From the IMG/VR virus record IMGVR_UViG_2882178878_000003, positions 21,909 through 85,908 of that record: a stretch of 64,000 nt of DNA; one strand, given 5' to 3'. The position numbers and the translations under genes were made by a program. The first letter of the stretch is position 1. Every line of letters starts with the position of its first letter. The stretch is from a virus (taxonomy: Duplodnaviria; Caudoviricetes). Of this stretch, positions 1 through 8,251 are shown one piece after another. The notes below the pieces were generated by a model. It was not told the origin of the DNA. It saw nothing but the letters and a program-made list of their open reading frames with translations, and searched no databases.

Positions 1-36
1 TACTTAAATCATTAAATCATATGTGGTTTTGGTCTT

Positions 37-71
37 TGTTATCATGGGTTCGAGTCCCATTAGCCACCCCA
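37..71 (+). pseudogene. 3' fragment of tRNA-His (att duplication, not an intact tRNA)
   Basis: TGTTATCATGGGTTCGAGTCCCATTAGCCACCCCA resembles the gammaproteobacterial tRNA-His 3' half. Bases 1-36 show no D-arm or anticodon arm. Confidence 0.7.
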
Positions 72-74
72 TTT
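48..74 (+). repeat. attL core (GTTCGAGTCCCATTAGCCACCCCATTT)
   Basis: Identical to 60630-60656; corresponds to the T-arm and acceptor-stem 3' end of tRNA-His. Confidence 0.92.
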
Positions 75-78
75 TATA

Positions 79-176
79 TTCCGTAATAGTCCGCCAAAGT
101 CCGTAAAAGCCTTGAAAATAAAGGCGTTCATAAAATTAATCTTCCGTTATCTTCCGTCGAAGTCCGCTGGCTTCCA
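79..176 (+). promoter_or_regulatory. 10-bp-periodic TCCG repeats in the attL arm (probable excisionase/accessory factor sites)
   Basis: TCCG starts at 80, 90, 100 and at 143, 153, 163, with TCCA at 173: one copy per helical turn. Confidence 0.5.
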
Positions 177-184
177 TTGGTTTT

Positions 185-245
185 TGTAGTACCTGTTGTA
201 GCATTTTATTCACCAAAATTTTGGTGCTAAATAAAAGGTGCTACA
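185..245. promoter_or_regulatory. Probable integrase arm-type sites (TGTAGYAYY / GGTGCTAMA)
   Basis: TGTAGTACC at 185, TGTAGCATT at 197, GGTGCTAAA at 223 and GGTGCTACA at 237. The same motif (TGTAGCACC) recurs at 60557-60565 just inside attR. Confidence 0.55.
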
Positions 246-249
246 TAAA

Positions 250-1464
250 ATGCCAAAGATCGTTAAACCCTTATCTGACGCGGAAATCAGGCGAGCCAAG
301 CCTAAGGATAAAGACTATAAACTACCTGATGGCATGGGCTTATCTGTGCTGGTGGATACCAAGGGTAATAAATACTGGCGCTTTAACTATCCTAAACCTT
401 ATACCAAGAAACGCAGCACGTTAGGCTGGGGCAGCTATCCAGATGTCACTTTAGCCGATGCACGCGAAAAGCGCGAAATTGCCCTGAAGCTATTAGAGCA
501 AAATATTGATCCGGTGGACTATAAAAAAACTGAAGCTGATAGTAATTCAGAGCTGGCCAAAAATACATTTAAACATATTGCCCTGGAGTGGCTGGATCGG
601 CAGGATAATTATGCAGATGCTACCCGTGCCAAAAGTATATATCTTCTTGAATGTGCTTTTGCGCTGATCGGTGATAAGCCTATAGCCAAAATTACGCCTT
701 TAGAAGTTCTAAGCGTATGCCGGGTTGAAGAACAAAAGGGCCTGCTAGAAAAAGCTTCAAAAATTAAATCAAAGTGCGCCCAGGTATTCCGGTATGCCGT
801 GGCCACTGGCCGTTGTGAGCGAGATCCAACGGTAGACCTACGTGGTGCACTGAAAACACCTAAAACCAAGCATCACGCTGCTGTGATTGAGCCGGAACGG
901 GTAGGTGAGCTGCTGAAGGATATTGACCAGTACAAAGGCCACATGATCACTCAGGCCGCCCTAAAAATCGCTCCATTAACATTTGTTCGCCCTGGTGAGC
1001 TTCGGTCAGCCAAATGGAGTGACATCGACCTTGATAAGAAACTGTGGACCTATACACCACGTAAAACGCAAAATTCCACCGCAGTAGATCACATTGTACC
1101 TTTGTCCACTCAGGCCGTGGCAGTGCTGTCTGATCTCAAAACACTAACTGGCCAAAGTGAGTATGTTTTCCCGTCCACCTTTTCCTTTCAAAAGTGTATG
1201 TCAGAGAACACAGTAAATCTGGCATTGCGCCGTATGGGTTGGTCTGGTGAGGAAATGTGTGGTCATGGATTCCGTGCAATGGCCCGGACAATACTGGAAG
1301 AAGTTTTGGAATACCCGATTGAAATTATTGAGCAGCAGCTGGCGCACCGGGTAAAGGATGTGCATGGCCGGGCATATAACCGAACCAAGCACTTGGCCAA
1401 ACGTACAGAAATGTTGCAGCGGTGGGCAGATTATTTAGATGAATTAAAGCAGAAATCAATTTGA
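250..1464 (+). CDS. int: Tyrosine recombinase/integrase, P4-like with N-terminal arm-binding domain
   Basis: Starts MPKIVKPLSDAEIRRAKP; catalytic R (VRPGELR), HGFR, QLAH and AYNR motifs; adjacent to att. The ORF track starts at 238, but the ATG at 250 is preferred. Confidence 0.95.
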   Translation: MPKIVKPLSDAEIRRAKPKDKDYKLPDGMGLSVLVDTKGNKYWRFNYPKPYTKKRSTLGWGSYPDVTLADAREKREIALKLLEQNIDPVDYKKTEADSNSELAKNTFKHIALEWLDRQDNYADATRAKSIYLLECAFALIGDKPIAKITPLEVLSVCRVEEQKGLLEKASKIKSKCAQVFRYAVATGRCERDPTVDLRGALKTPKTKHHAAVIEPERVGELLKDIDQYKGHMITQAALKIAPLTFVRPGELRSAKWSDIDLDKKLWTYTPRKTQNSTAVDHIVPLSTQAVAVLSDLKTLTGQSEYVFPSTFSFQKCMSENTVNLALRRMGWSGEEMCGHGFRAMARTILEEVLEYPIEIIEQQLAHRVKDVHGRAYNRTKHLAKRTEMLQRWADYLDELKQKSI

Positions 1465-1683
1465 TTTCTGCTTGATGTCAGGTTCTGGGTGTTCAGCATT
1501 TTTAATCTGCTTTTCCTGCCATGCAGTAATATCGGATTCTAGCCAGCCTACTGCACGGCCACCCAGCTGGTAATTTTTTGGAAAATCGCCAGTTTCCATA
1601 TCATCATAAATTTTTGATTTCTTGATGCCACAGCGTTCAATGACATCAGGCAACCTCAGGTATTTAAGCGCTACCGCTCCCAT
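1456..1683 (-). CDS. alpA: AlpA-family excisionase/regulator
   Basis: YLRLPDVIERCGIKKSKIY...GDFPK..LGGRAVGWLESDI is the AlpA signature; convergent with the integrase. Confidence 0.9.
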   Translation of the reverse strand: MGAVALKYLRLPDVIERCGIKKSKIYDDMETGDFPKNYQLGGRAVGWLESDITAWQEKQIKNAEHPEPDIKQKSN

Positions 1684-1747
1684 ATTATTTACCTCCTAAT
1701 CACATCCTATTTTGGCAAAGGATGCCCCGCCGTAGCAGGGCGGGTTA

Positions 1748-2905
1748 TTAAGCATTTAATTCATTCAGGCGCTTGTCGTAAACATCCCACATAGCCTGCT
1801 GGATGGCCGGGTCTAAAAACTCAATTTCAGTAGATAGTTCGCCCAGCACATCAGAGTCGTTACAAGCTTCCATACGAGCCTTTAACGATAGTTTTTCAGT
1901 AGTGGTAGGTTGTGCAGCAGCGTTCATCAGTTCGCTGGTGCGCTTTTCCCGTGCGCTCACGATAGTTTCAATGTCACTATCATTTAGTCCATTCGTGTAA
2001 CGCTGTATCATTCTGACATCAGCCGCACTATTTGCCCTGGCGATTGATTCCAGCAGTTTTGCTACGCGCTCAGGATCACCCGCCGCTTGCGCCTGTTCTG
2101 GTTCATCGTCAAACATTCCAGCAGGCTCTGGCTTGGGTTCTGGTGTGGCCTTGGCGGTTTTGGCAGGCTTAGTTTTTTCAGGTGCTGGTTCTGCAGCAGA
2201 TTCCACAACAACGGTTTCAGGCTTTGCGGTACGTGCTGGGCGTGAGTTGCGGATGTTATCAACAGTTTTTTCTACTTTTTCCACAAGCTGCTCGGACTGT
2301 GGTGTCACATCAACCAGATGTGTGTCCTGCACTTCCTCGGCAGTATGCAAGCCCATAGCCAACTCAGGCGCATAGGCACGCACCAGCCAGCTTGCAGCGC
2401 GATACATCAGCATTTGCTGTGGCATAGTTTTCCACTTGCTACCGCCTTTGCCATACCAGCCTTCAGCCTTGGCTAATGCAATAGTAATGTCACTGCCTGT
2501 AATTTTCTCACCCGTTGCAATCTCAGTAGCGTAGGCACGGCAGCCCCAAGTGTCGGTACCCTGTTCACCAAAAAATTCATAACGCAGGGCAGAGAAGCGG
2601 CCGCAGGCGTTAAAGGTGGCAATTAAGAACTGGCTGGACCAGGTAGGGCGATTATGCACAATCACAAGGTTTTGCATCACCATCAGCGGATCGGCGCCGA
2701 TGCGGCAGGCCATGTTTAAAGCGACTACGCAATTGGCAACATTGCCCTGGTATTCTTTTGGCACCAGACCAGAGCTAGCCAGCAGTTTTCCGGCACGCTG
2801 GGCCAGATCAAAGCTGTCACTGTTGGTCATACCAACTTGAGTATTACGTGGAGCAACAGCACGATTGGCGCGGATTTCTTCGGTTGTCATTACTTGTGCG
2901 GTCAT
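1748..2905 (-). CDS. RecT-like single-strand annealing recombinase
   Basis: WKTMPQQMLMYRAASWLVRAYAPE..GLHTAEE motif; Pro/Ala-rich linker; adjacent to an exonuclease. Confidence 0.7.
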   Translation of the reverse strand: MTAQVMTTEEIRANRAVAPRNTQVGMTNSDSFDLAQRAGKLLASSGLVPKEYQGNVANCVVALNMACRIGADPLMVMQNLVIVHNRPTWSSQFLIATFNACGRFSALRYEFFGEQGTDTWGCRAYATEIATGEKITGSDITIALAKAEGWYGKGGSKWKTMPQQMLMYRAASWLVRAYAPELAMGLHTAEEVQDTHLVDVTPQSEQLVEKVEKTVDNIRNSRPARTAKPETVVVESAAEPAPEKTKPAKTAKATPEPKPEPAGMFDDEPEQAQAAGDPERVAKLLESIARANSAADVRMIQRYTNGLNDSDIETIVSAREKRTSELMNAAAQPTTTEKLSLKARMEACNDSDVLGELSTEIEFLDPAIQQAMWDVYDKRLNELNA

Positions 2906-2918
2906 GATTTCTTATTCC

Positions 2919-3719
2919 TTATTTGCGAAATGGGCAAGTTTGATGCGCAGGGCAAAACTTTGCACTGCACAGGGTTGATTTTGGGTTGCCGTAGAACAGG
3001 CCATTTTTGAGGATCTGGCCAGCGTGATGCAGTAGACCATGACGGTCATCAGAGCCTAGGAGCGCGTCCATCGGGTCGGGAATTTCACCCACACCTGCAT
3101 GTTGTCCTTTGGCAGTTTTGCCTGTGGTTAGGCCATAGATACGGGCAGGGGCAAGCAATTGCTCATTTAAGGCATGTTCGGCGAGCAAGGTATAAACACC
3201 CATTTGTACGCCATGGCCAGCCGTTTTAACCGTACCATCAGCAGAGCAAGCTGTTTTGCCTGTCTTAATGTCGCCAATACCCAGTTGCCCGTTGTCGTGC
3301 TGATAAATGCGGTCAATAGTTCCAGTTAAGGTAATACCAATATCAGCCAGCGTTAGCGCCTCGGCCCTCACCTCAACACCGATATAGTGCTGAGTGCCTG
3401 CAATATCGCTGATGTACTTGCGGATCAGGGCGCGGCCTGTGGTTTCTGCGGTTTGCTGGTCGGTGTCCGTCCAGTCCACATCCTCATTCGGGTTCCAGAT
3501 GGCATCTACCAGCACGGTGTCACAGTCGTCCAGTGAAACTGTGGTTTCATTCATTACTGCATAGTCATGCAGCGTAGTGGCTTCGTGAATTGCAGTGCCC
3601 ATACGGCCAGCACCACCAATGGGCAAACGGCGGCCCAGTACGTTTTTGGTTTCCCAGCGTGCCGGGCAGTCAAATAGCTCACTAAGGGAACTTGCGCGGA
3701 TAGAAAATGGTGCGTTCAT
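2919..3719 (-). CDS. PD-(D/E)XK exonuclease, Cas4/RecB-like
   Basis: N-terminal CPARW, GTIDR, DIKTG and Q..VY motifs, and a C-terminal C-x4-C-x5-C cluster (LCSAKFCPAHQTCPF). Confidence 0.8.
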   Translation of the reverse strand: MNAPFSIRASSLSELFDCPARWETKNVLGRRLPIGGAGRMGTAIHEATTLHDYAVMNETTVSLDDCDTVLVDAIWNPNEDVDWTDTDQQTAETTGRALIRKYISDIAGTQHYIGVEVRAEALTLADIGITLTGTIDRIYQHDNGQLGIGDIKTGKTACSADGTVKTAGHGVQMGVYTLLAEHALNEQLLAPARIYGLTTGKTAKGQHAGVGEIPDPMDALLGSDDRHGLLHHAGQILKNGLFYGNPKSTLCSAKFCPAHQTCPFRK

Positions 3720-4036
3720 CAGTGTTCATCCTCCCACTGAAGAAATTCAGCCTCGCTAACTTCTTCACCATTAACGAAAAACTTGTCTGCTAGATGCGCG
3801 CCCTCGTTACTGCTTTCTAACGCATCAACCTCAGTAGCTGCCTCATCAGATAGTCGCTCAGTAACGTCAACCATCTGTTGCAGAGAGATAGTTTGAGGTT
3901 CTGGCTCATCTTTATCTGGTGATTGAAATTGCACTTTGATATCAGAAATATCAATGCCATTGCCTTCAAGGACTTTCGCTAGACTGCCAATGGTCATTTG
4001 TGAAAATGACAAATATGCTTTGATCTTTTCCATCAT
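3719..4036 (-). CDS. Hypothetical protein (acidic)
   Basis: ORF in the leftward early operon. The ATG at 4036 overlaps the upstream stop codon (TGATG). Confidence 0.6.
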   Translation of the reverse strand: MMEKIKAYLSFSQMTIGSLAKVLEGNGIDISDIKVQFQSPDKDEPEPQTISLQQMVDVTERLSDEAATEVDALESSNEGAHLADKFFVNGEEVSEAEFLQWEDEH

Positions 4037-4257
4037 CACACCCCACTGGCCGAAGCAATCAGATATTGGAAAAAGCTGACGATGATAAAAACCAACATCA
4101 GCAGACCGACAAAGCTTAAAGCCCAATCCGCAAATTTTTCACGGTGAGTTGAGTTGCCAAGCTGCGGTGTCATTTTGTCCAGCTCATTGAGGCTAGGCAC
4201 TGGTGTCACAGCGGGCGCTTGCTCGCTCTTGGTGACAAATTCTTGCATTGCTGACAT
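4036..4257 (-). CDS. Small protein with C-terminal transmembrane helix
   Basis: First gene after PL. The ATG at 4257 is preferred because the longer ORF start runs through the promoter; hydrophobic C-terminus. Confidence 0.55.
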   Translation of the reverse strand: MSAMQEFVTKSEQAPAVTPVPSLNELDKMTPQLGNSTHREKFADWALSFVGLLMLVFIIVSFFQYLIASASGV

Positions 4258-4348
4258 AATGTTTTTACTCCAGCTGGTTGGGGTCTGGCCTCCGGTAGTT
4301 GCTGCTACGCGGGGGCTTCTTTTTGCCTTTATATTGGCTTGTTGAACT

Positions 4349-4399
4349 AATGTAAGATAACTTATTTTTACTGTCAAGAATATTTATAAGTTTTCTTAT
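4349..4399 (-). promoter_or_regulatory. PL promoter with OL operators
   Basis: TTGACA (4372-4377, minus strand), 17 bp, TACATT (4349-4354). The 14-bp operators at 4352-4365 and 4386-4399 match the ATAAG-N4-CTTA(T/C) sites between cI and cro. Confidence 0.8.
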
Positions 4400-4451
4400 T
4401 TTTCTGCTATATTAAAAAAAGAAACCCAGCGCGTGGCTGGGTATAGGCAAT

Positions 4452-4472
4452 AAAAAACCCGCACGGGGCGGG
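4452..4472 (-). terminator. Intrinsic terminator ending the cI-cassette transcript
   Basis: CCCGC/GCGGG stem followed by T6 on the minus strand, just downstream of the 4497 stop. Confidence 0.6.
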
Positions 4473-4496
4473 CTGGGGATGGCTTTGAGATCGCAA

Positions 4497-5426
4497 CTAA
4501 CCAATGGGCGTTTCGTAAATGTCTTCTAAAGATATCAAGGTAAATTTGGGTCGACTATTACCCACGCGTGTTATAGTTAATTGAATAGTGACTGGCTTTA
4601 ATAACCATTCTTTATTAATTATTTCTGGATTTAAAATATCTCCGTCAATTTTACCTTTAATTAACTCGTTATCTATTGAAGTTCGAAATTCAAAAGTGCG
4701 ACTTACGGGTAAGACGCCTTCAAATTTCCCAGTGAAAGGTACTCGTTCTTCATGGATATTATCGTCCTTTAAGCGGAAGACTGCCTTTTCCAGTTGTTGA
4801 CGATCAGAAAATCTAAAAAAATGATTATTAAACTCAAGACCACACCAAGAATCCTGGTCATTAAGAAAACCAAGAAAATCGTGAACTTTTTTTATAGCTC
4901 TAGGGTTTACTTCATCTACGATATCGCTTAACTGGTCATCTGTGCCCGTAGCTGCTACCTCAAAGAGCTTTTGCGCTTCCTCAATAGCTTTCTCAACAAT
5001 TGATGGGTTAGGACATAAGTCTGTCTCATCGGCCTTAGGAAGCTCGAATTCGAAACCGAAAGAACCTATAGCTGTATTGGTAATCATGAGCTGGTTGAAT
5101 TGACTATCAGGTATCGGCCCCATGGAGTGCAGAACATTTTCAAAACTAGCAGATAGGGTGCTGATAGCTTCAGAGAATAGATAGGTGGCCTTGGCAGCAA
5201 AACGTGCAGAAATAGCTTCGCTTCCATGTACTGGGCTACCTCGGAAAGTTAATTTGGCCTTTTTGTTGATGTGATAGGGATTAACTGCATTAAGTTCTTC
5301 TTGAACTTTTCCCAATCTGTATTCCAGGCCAATCCGATCAATGACGTTTTCTTCAGGTATCTGACTTAAAAGCGTTTTTAGAGCATCTACTTCGGAAAAT
5401 AGGCGGGTGTATTGATTAGCATTCAT
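4497..5426 (-). CDS. Hypothetical protein, second gene of the cassette downstream of cI
   Basis: 309-aa ORF overlapping the preceding gene by 11 bp; AT-rich; no family recognised. Confidence 0.8.
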   Translation of the reverse strand: MNANQYTRLFSEVDALKTLLSQIPEENVIDRIGLEYRLGKVQEELNAVNPYHINKKAKLTFRGSPVHGSEAISARFAAKATYLFSEAISTLSASFENVLHSMGPIPDSQFNQLMITNTAIGSFGFEFELPKADETDLCPNPSIVEKAIEEAQKLFEVAATGTDDQLSDIVDEVNPRAIKKVHDFLGFLNDQDSWCGLEFNNHFFRFSDRQQLEKAVFRLKDDNIHEERVPFTGKFEGVLPVSRTFEFRTSIDNELIKGKIDGDILNPEIINKEWLLKPVTIQLTITRVGNSRPKFTLISLEDIYETPIG

Positions 5427-6000
5427 TTACATCTCCTCCTATATCTGTAAGTAATTTTGAAGCTACGGCATCGTCACCAGGTGACAGTGGAACATGAAAA
5501 AACCCTTTCCACATATTATCACTTTTGCGATGAGACCACATGCTATACCAGTAGGAAATAGTATTAACAGAGTACGCTGTCAAACCTTGGCCCAATACCA
5601 TTTGATATCCATCTACACTATATTTCTTCTTGGCTTCATGAGGTAAGAATAAATCGCCTGCTTTTGGCATGAAACTTCTTTGAGTCTCACCGGGCGGCAA
5701 TTCGAAGAATGTGACAGCATCAATGTCGTTAGGCGGCCTAGACTCTAAGGTTTCAATATCGGTCACGAAGCTTCCGTTAAGCCACTGAAAGCCTTCGATT
5801 ACACCGGCTTTATAAAGCTCTTGCCTATAGTTTAGTAATCCCTTCAAGATATTGATGCGTGCATGCGTAGCCGCGAAAATATCTATAAAGGCTGGCATTG
5901 TGCAAACGTAAGGAGAACGTTGGAGACTAGATCCAGACTCTCCTGGAGCTATAGGGGGAATAACGCCCGCCATATCAAACAATTGAATTTTTTTAATCAT
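5416..6000 (-). CDS. Predicted nucleotidyltransferase-fold protein (DUF6932-like)
   Basis: QWLNGSFVT...PNDIDAVTF fits the pol-beta superfamily hG[GS]..Dh[DE]h motif. Starts 16 bp after the cI stop. Confidence 0.6.
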   Translation of the reverse strand: MIKKIQLFDMAGVIPPIAPGESGSSLQRSPYVCTMPAFIDIFAATHARINILKGLLNYRQELYKAGVIEGFQWLNGSFVTDIETLESRPPNDIDAVTFFELPPGETQRSFMPKAGDLFLPHEAKKKYSVDGYQMVLGQGLTAYSVNTISYWYSMWSHRKSDNMWKGFFHVPLSPGDDAVASKLLTDIGGDVNEC

Positions 6001-6016
6001 TTCTTACTACGCTTCT

Positions 6017-6724
6017 TCAAAAAATCGTATACCGCCCCACGACCTTACCCACCAGCCTGCAGTTATGATCCACTGGCATGATCTTTTCATGCCAGTTCGG
6101 ATTTAACGCCCGTAAGTAATAACGACCACTTTCCACCACCAGTTCTTTAAACGTTGCCTCACAGTCACCGTCGCAGGCCATCACCACCAGATCCCCAGTA
6201 TTTAGCTCATCAATCTGGAAGGTAGGATTAACGTATATCCGATCATCAGGTTTAAACATCGGCTCCATGGACACGCCTTTAACGATCAAGCCAAAGCCGT
6301 TTTTACCGGCCCTAGGGTCATAAGGCAGCCATTCGATGATGTTGGATAAATCAGAGGCCATTACTGGTGTCCAGTCCCCAGCCTGCACCCATGAGATTAC
6401 CGGCATAGATGCGGGTGGCATATCAATAAGCTCGGTGCCAGTTGGTGGCAAAAAAGCTTTGCTGTTCCACTGATCTGGCGATTGTCCGGATTGAAATTGT
6501 TGTTGTGATTTAGGGCGAATTCCACCATAAAGAATATAATCAGTCGTAACACCAAAATGATCTGCTATTGCTTTTAAAGGTGCAGCTTTTGGTAAATAGC
6601 CATCCTTCTCCCATTCCGTTACGGCTGGAGCACTTACATCTGCAATTTTAGCTAACTGGGCTTGAGTTAGCTTTTTCTCTTTTCTTAGCGCACGGATGCG
6701 CTGCCCCACAGTTTGATTTTCCAT
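6017..6724 (-). CDS. cI: CI-like repressor (XRE HTH plus S24 autopeptidase)
   Basis: N-terminal HTH (IRALRKEKKLTQAQLAKIADVSAPAVTEWE); S24 motifs GVSMEP and ATFKEL; divergent from cro. Confidence 0.93.
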   Translation of the reverse strand: MENQTVGQRIRALRKEKKLTQAQLAKIADVSAPAVTEWEKDGYLPKAAPLKAIADHFGVTTDYILYGGIRPKSQQQFQSGQSPDQWNSKAFLPPTGTELIDMPPASMPVISWVQAGDWTPVMASDLSNIIEWLPYDPRAGKNGFGLIVKGVSMEPMFKPDDRIYVNPTFQIDELNTGDLVVMACDGDCEATFKELVVESGRYYLRALNPNWHEKIMPVDHNCRLVGKVVGRYTIF

Positions 6725-6786
6725 ATAAGTTATCTTACATGTTGCAAAAATAAGTTTTCTTTGATTTAATTAATAAGAAATCTTAT
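6725..6786. promoter_or_regulatory. OR operators (three) and PRM
   Basis: ATAAGTTATCTTAC at 6725-6738, ATAAGTTTTCTTTG at 6750-6763 and ATAAGAAATCTTAT at 6773-6786; minus-strand -10 TAAGAT at 6732-6737. Confidence 0.8.
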
Positions 6787-6801
6787 TTTTGAGTTATAGT
6801 T

Positions 6802-6984
6802 ATGACCAAGCAAGAAGCATTTGACTTACTTAGCTGCAATGGAAAGGAGCTGGCTGCAAAGCTCGGTATTGAACCATCCGCTGTTTATCAATGGCCAGAA
6901 ACCCAAATCCCTTTAGCGCGTGAATATCAAATTCGTGATTTGGCAGCCGGAAAGCAGCCAATTACAAAACCAGCCACCAACTAA
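6802..6984 (+). CDS. cro: Cro-like repressor
   Basis: 60-aa HTH (ELAAKLGIEPSAVYQWPE.IPLAREYQI), divergent from cI. Confidence 0.88.
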   Translation: MTKQEAFDLLSCNGKELAAKLGIEPSAVYQWPETQIPLAREYQIRDLAAGKQPITKPATN

Positions 6985-7026
6985 CCAACCACCCAAAGGA
7001 CTGGCCCAGATACCGGAATCACCACT

Positions 7027-7281
7027 ATGAGCCTTGAAAAGAAATCTACACATGTTCGCTTGTCCCCTGAAATTCATGAGCGTGCAAAAGTTTTAGCCAA
7101 CATCAAGGGTAAGGACCTTGCCCAGTACCTTGCCTTTTTGCTTGAAAAAGAAATCGTGGGTGAGTGGCATGTTTTAAATTTACAGGCAAAGTCTTTTGAG
7201 CGCTTGGGAATAGGAGCTTTGGTGCGGGACTTGTCAACCGAGGTATGGGATGGCGAGGGATTGGCAGGGAATGAGCAATAA
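7027..7281 (+). CDS. Ribbon-helix-helix regulator at the cII position
   Basis: KKSTHVRLSPEIHERAKVLA...LAQYLAFLLE has the RHH strand-helix-helix pattern. Confidence 0.6.
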   Translation: MSLEKKSTHVRLSPEIHERAKVLANIKGKDLAQYLAFLLEKEIVGEWHVLNLQAKSFERLGIGALVRDLSTEVWDGEGLAGNEQ

Positions 7282-7282
7282 A

Positions 7283-7312
7283 AAAACCCGATTGCGCAAA
7301 CAATCGGGTTTT
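7283..7312. terminator. tR1-like inverted repeat
   Basis: AAAACCCGATTG / CAATCGGGTTTT perfect 12-bp stem. Confidence 0.7.
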
Positions 7313-7364
7313 AGGTGTTCGTAATGAATTACGAACTTAAATCAAGAAATAGGATTTAAACATC

Positions 7365-7526
7365 ATGATTAAAAATAGTCAACCGCCAAAAATTACTTAT
7401 TCAAACAGTGATTTGGTTTTGCTTGAAGAAAATGAGCGCTTAAAAAGCTCACGTGACTTTTGGCGCTTTATGTTCTTTGCCGCCGTTTTTTGCTATGGCT
7501 TGGTTTTGTGGGGGCTGGGTGGATGA
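7365..7526 (+). CDS. 53-aa membrane protein (not in the ORF track)
   Basis: MIKNSQPPK...FWRFMFFAAVFCYGLVLWGLGG; its stop overlaps the next ATG. Confidence 0.5.
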   Translation: MIKNSQPPKITYSNSDLVLLEENERLKSSRDFWRFMFFAAVFCYGLVLWGLGG

Positions 7527-7702
7527 GCATAAACACGCATAGATGCCAAGGCCATCACCACAGCGCCAAGTTCGACAATATCCCTTTTGTCTGCTGCCAG
7601 CGCTGCAAGCACTACAGCACGGGTAAAGATGCACAACGGGCGCCGAGCTTGCTTAAAGAGTGGGTGGGTGGCATTTGTCCGAATGAGGAGCGCAAGTCAT
7701 GA
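7523..7702 (+). CDS. Small Cys-rich hypothetical protein
   Basis: MSINTHRCQG...CCQRCKHY...GGICPN; translationally coupled on both sides. Confidence 0.5.
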   Translation: MSINTHRCQGHHHSAKFDNIPFVCCQRCKHYSTGKDAQRAPSLLKEWVGGICPNEERKS

Positions 7703-8208
7703 AAACCTACTACATGACATGGGACATTATTGACATTACCGACAAAGTTTTGGCTGGCGAAATTGCCAATAGTTTTGAATTTTTCAAAGACAACTTTGGC
7801 GGTAATTGCTTAGAGCTGTTTTATGACCGCAATGGCAAAAAGAAGCCTGCCAAGCGTCGCGGCTGGTCAGCGACAATCACAGTTGTCGCGGTTGGTGAAG
7901 GCGGCATAAAGCATGAGCTGGTTTTGGATTACACCCCAGACCGCAAAATGTTTTTAAAAGAGTTTATGGATGGCATTACGGGCTACTGGCTTGCCGAATG
8001 CGATGCAACCTTGCCTGATACCGACTGCGAAAGTGCTACAGCTTATGCGAGCTGCAAAGCCCCAGATGCATCACCAAAAACCAAGATCAAAAAACACAAG
8101 CAACCGATGCGCAAGGTTAAGCGGCAGTCCGAAGATACGGCATTTAATGCCGTTGCTGATGCATCCGCCAATCAGCCGCGCATTCGTGTGTCGCTGGAGG
8201 ATTTGTAG
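7699..8208 (+). CDS. Hypothetical protein
   Basis: 169-aa ORF coupled (ATGA) to the upstream gene. Confidence 0.6.
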   Translation: MKTYYMTWDIIDITDKVLAGEIANSFEFFKDNFGGNCLELFYDRNGKKKPAKRRGWSATITVVAVGEGGIKHELVLDYTPDRKMFLKEFMDGITGYWLAECDATLPDTDCESATAYASCKAPDASPKTKIKKHKQPMRKVKRQSEDTAFNAVADASANQPRIRVSLEDL

Positions 8209-8251
8209 CCATGATCCACTATCAGTCACACACCAATTATGCGAGGGCGAA

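Noticed and set aside
1-74. Intact tRNA-His gene
   Set aside because: Only the 3' part is present; there is no D-arm or anticodon stem-loop.
4458-4472. CCCGCACGGG resembling part of a Pseudomonas I-C repeat
   Set aside because: It lacks the GTCGC start and GTGGATTGAAA end, and is explained as a terminator stem.
7970-8251. Programmed frameshift or extended N-terminus joining 7699-8208 to the replication gene
   Set aside because: The family-like sequence begins at the ATG at 8252 with its own RBS-like sequence, and no slippery site was evident.
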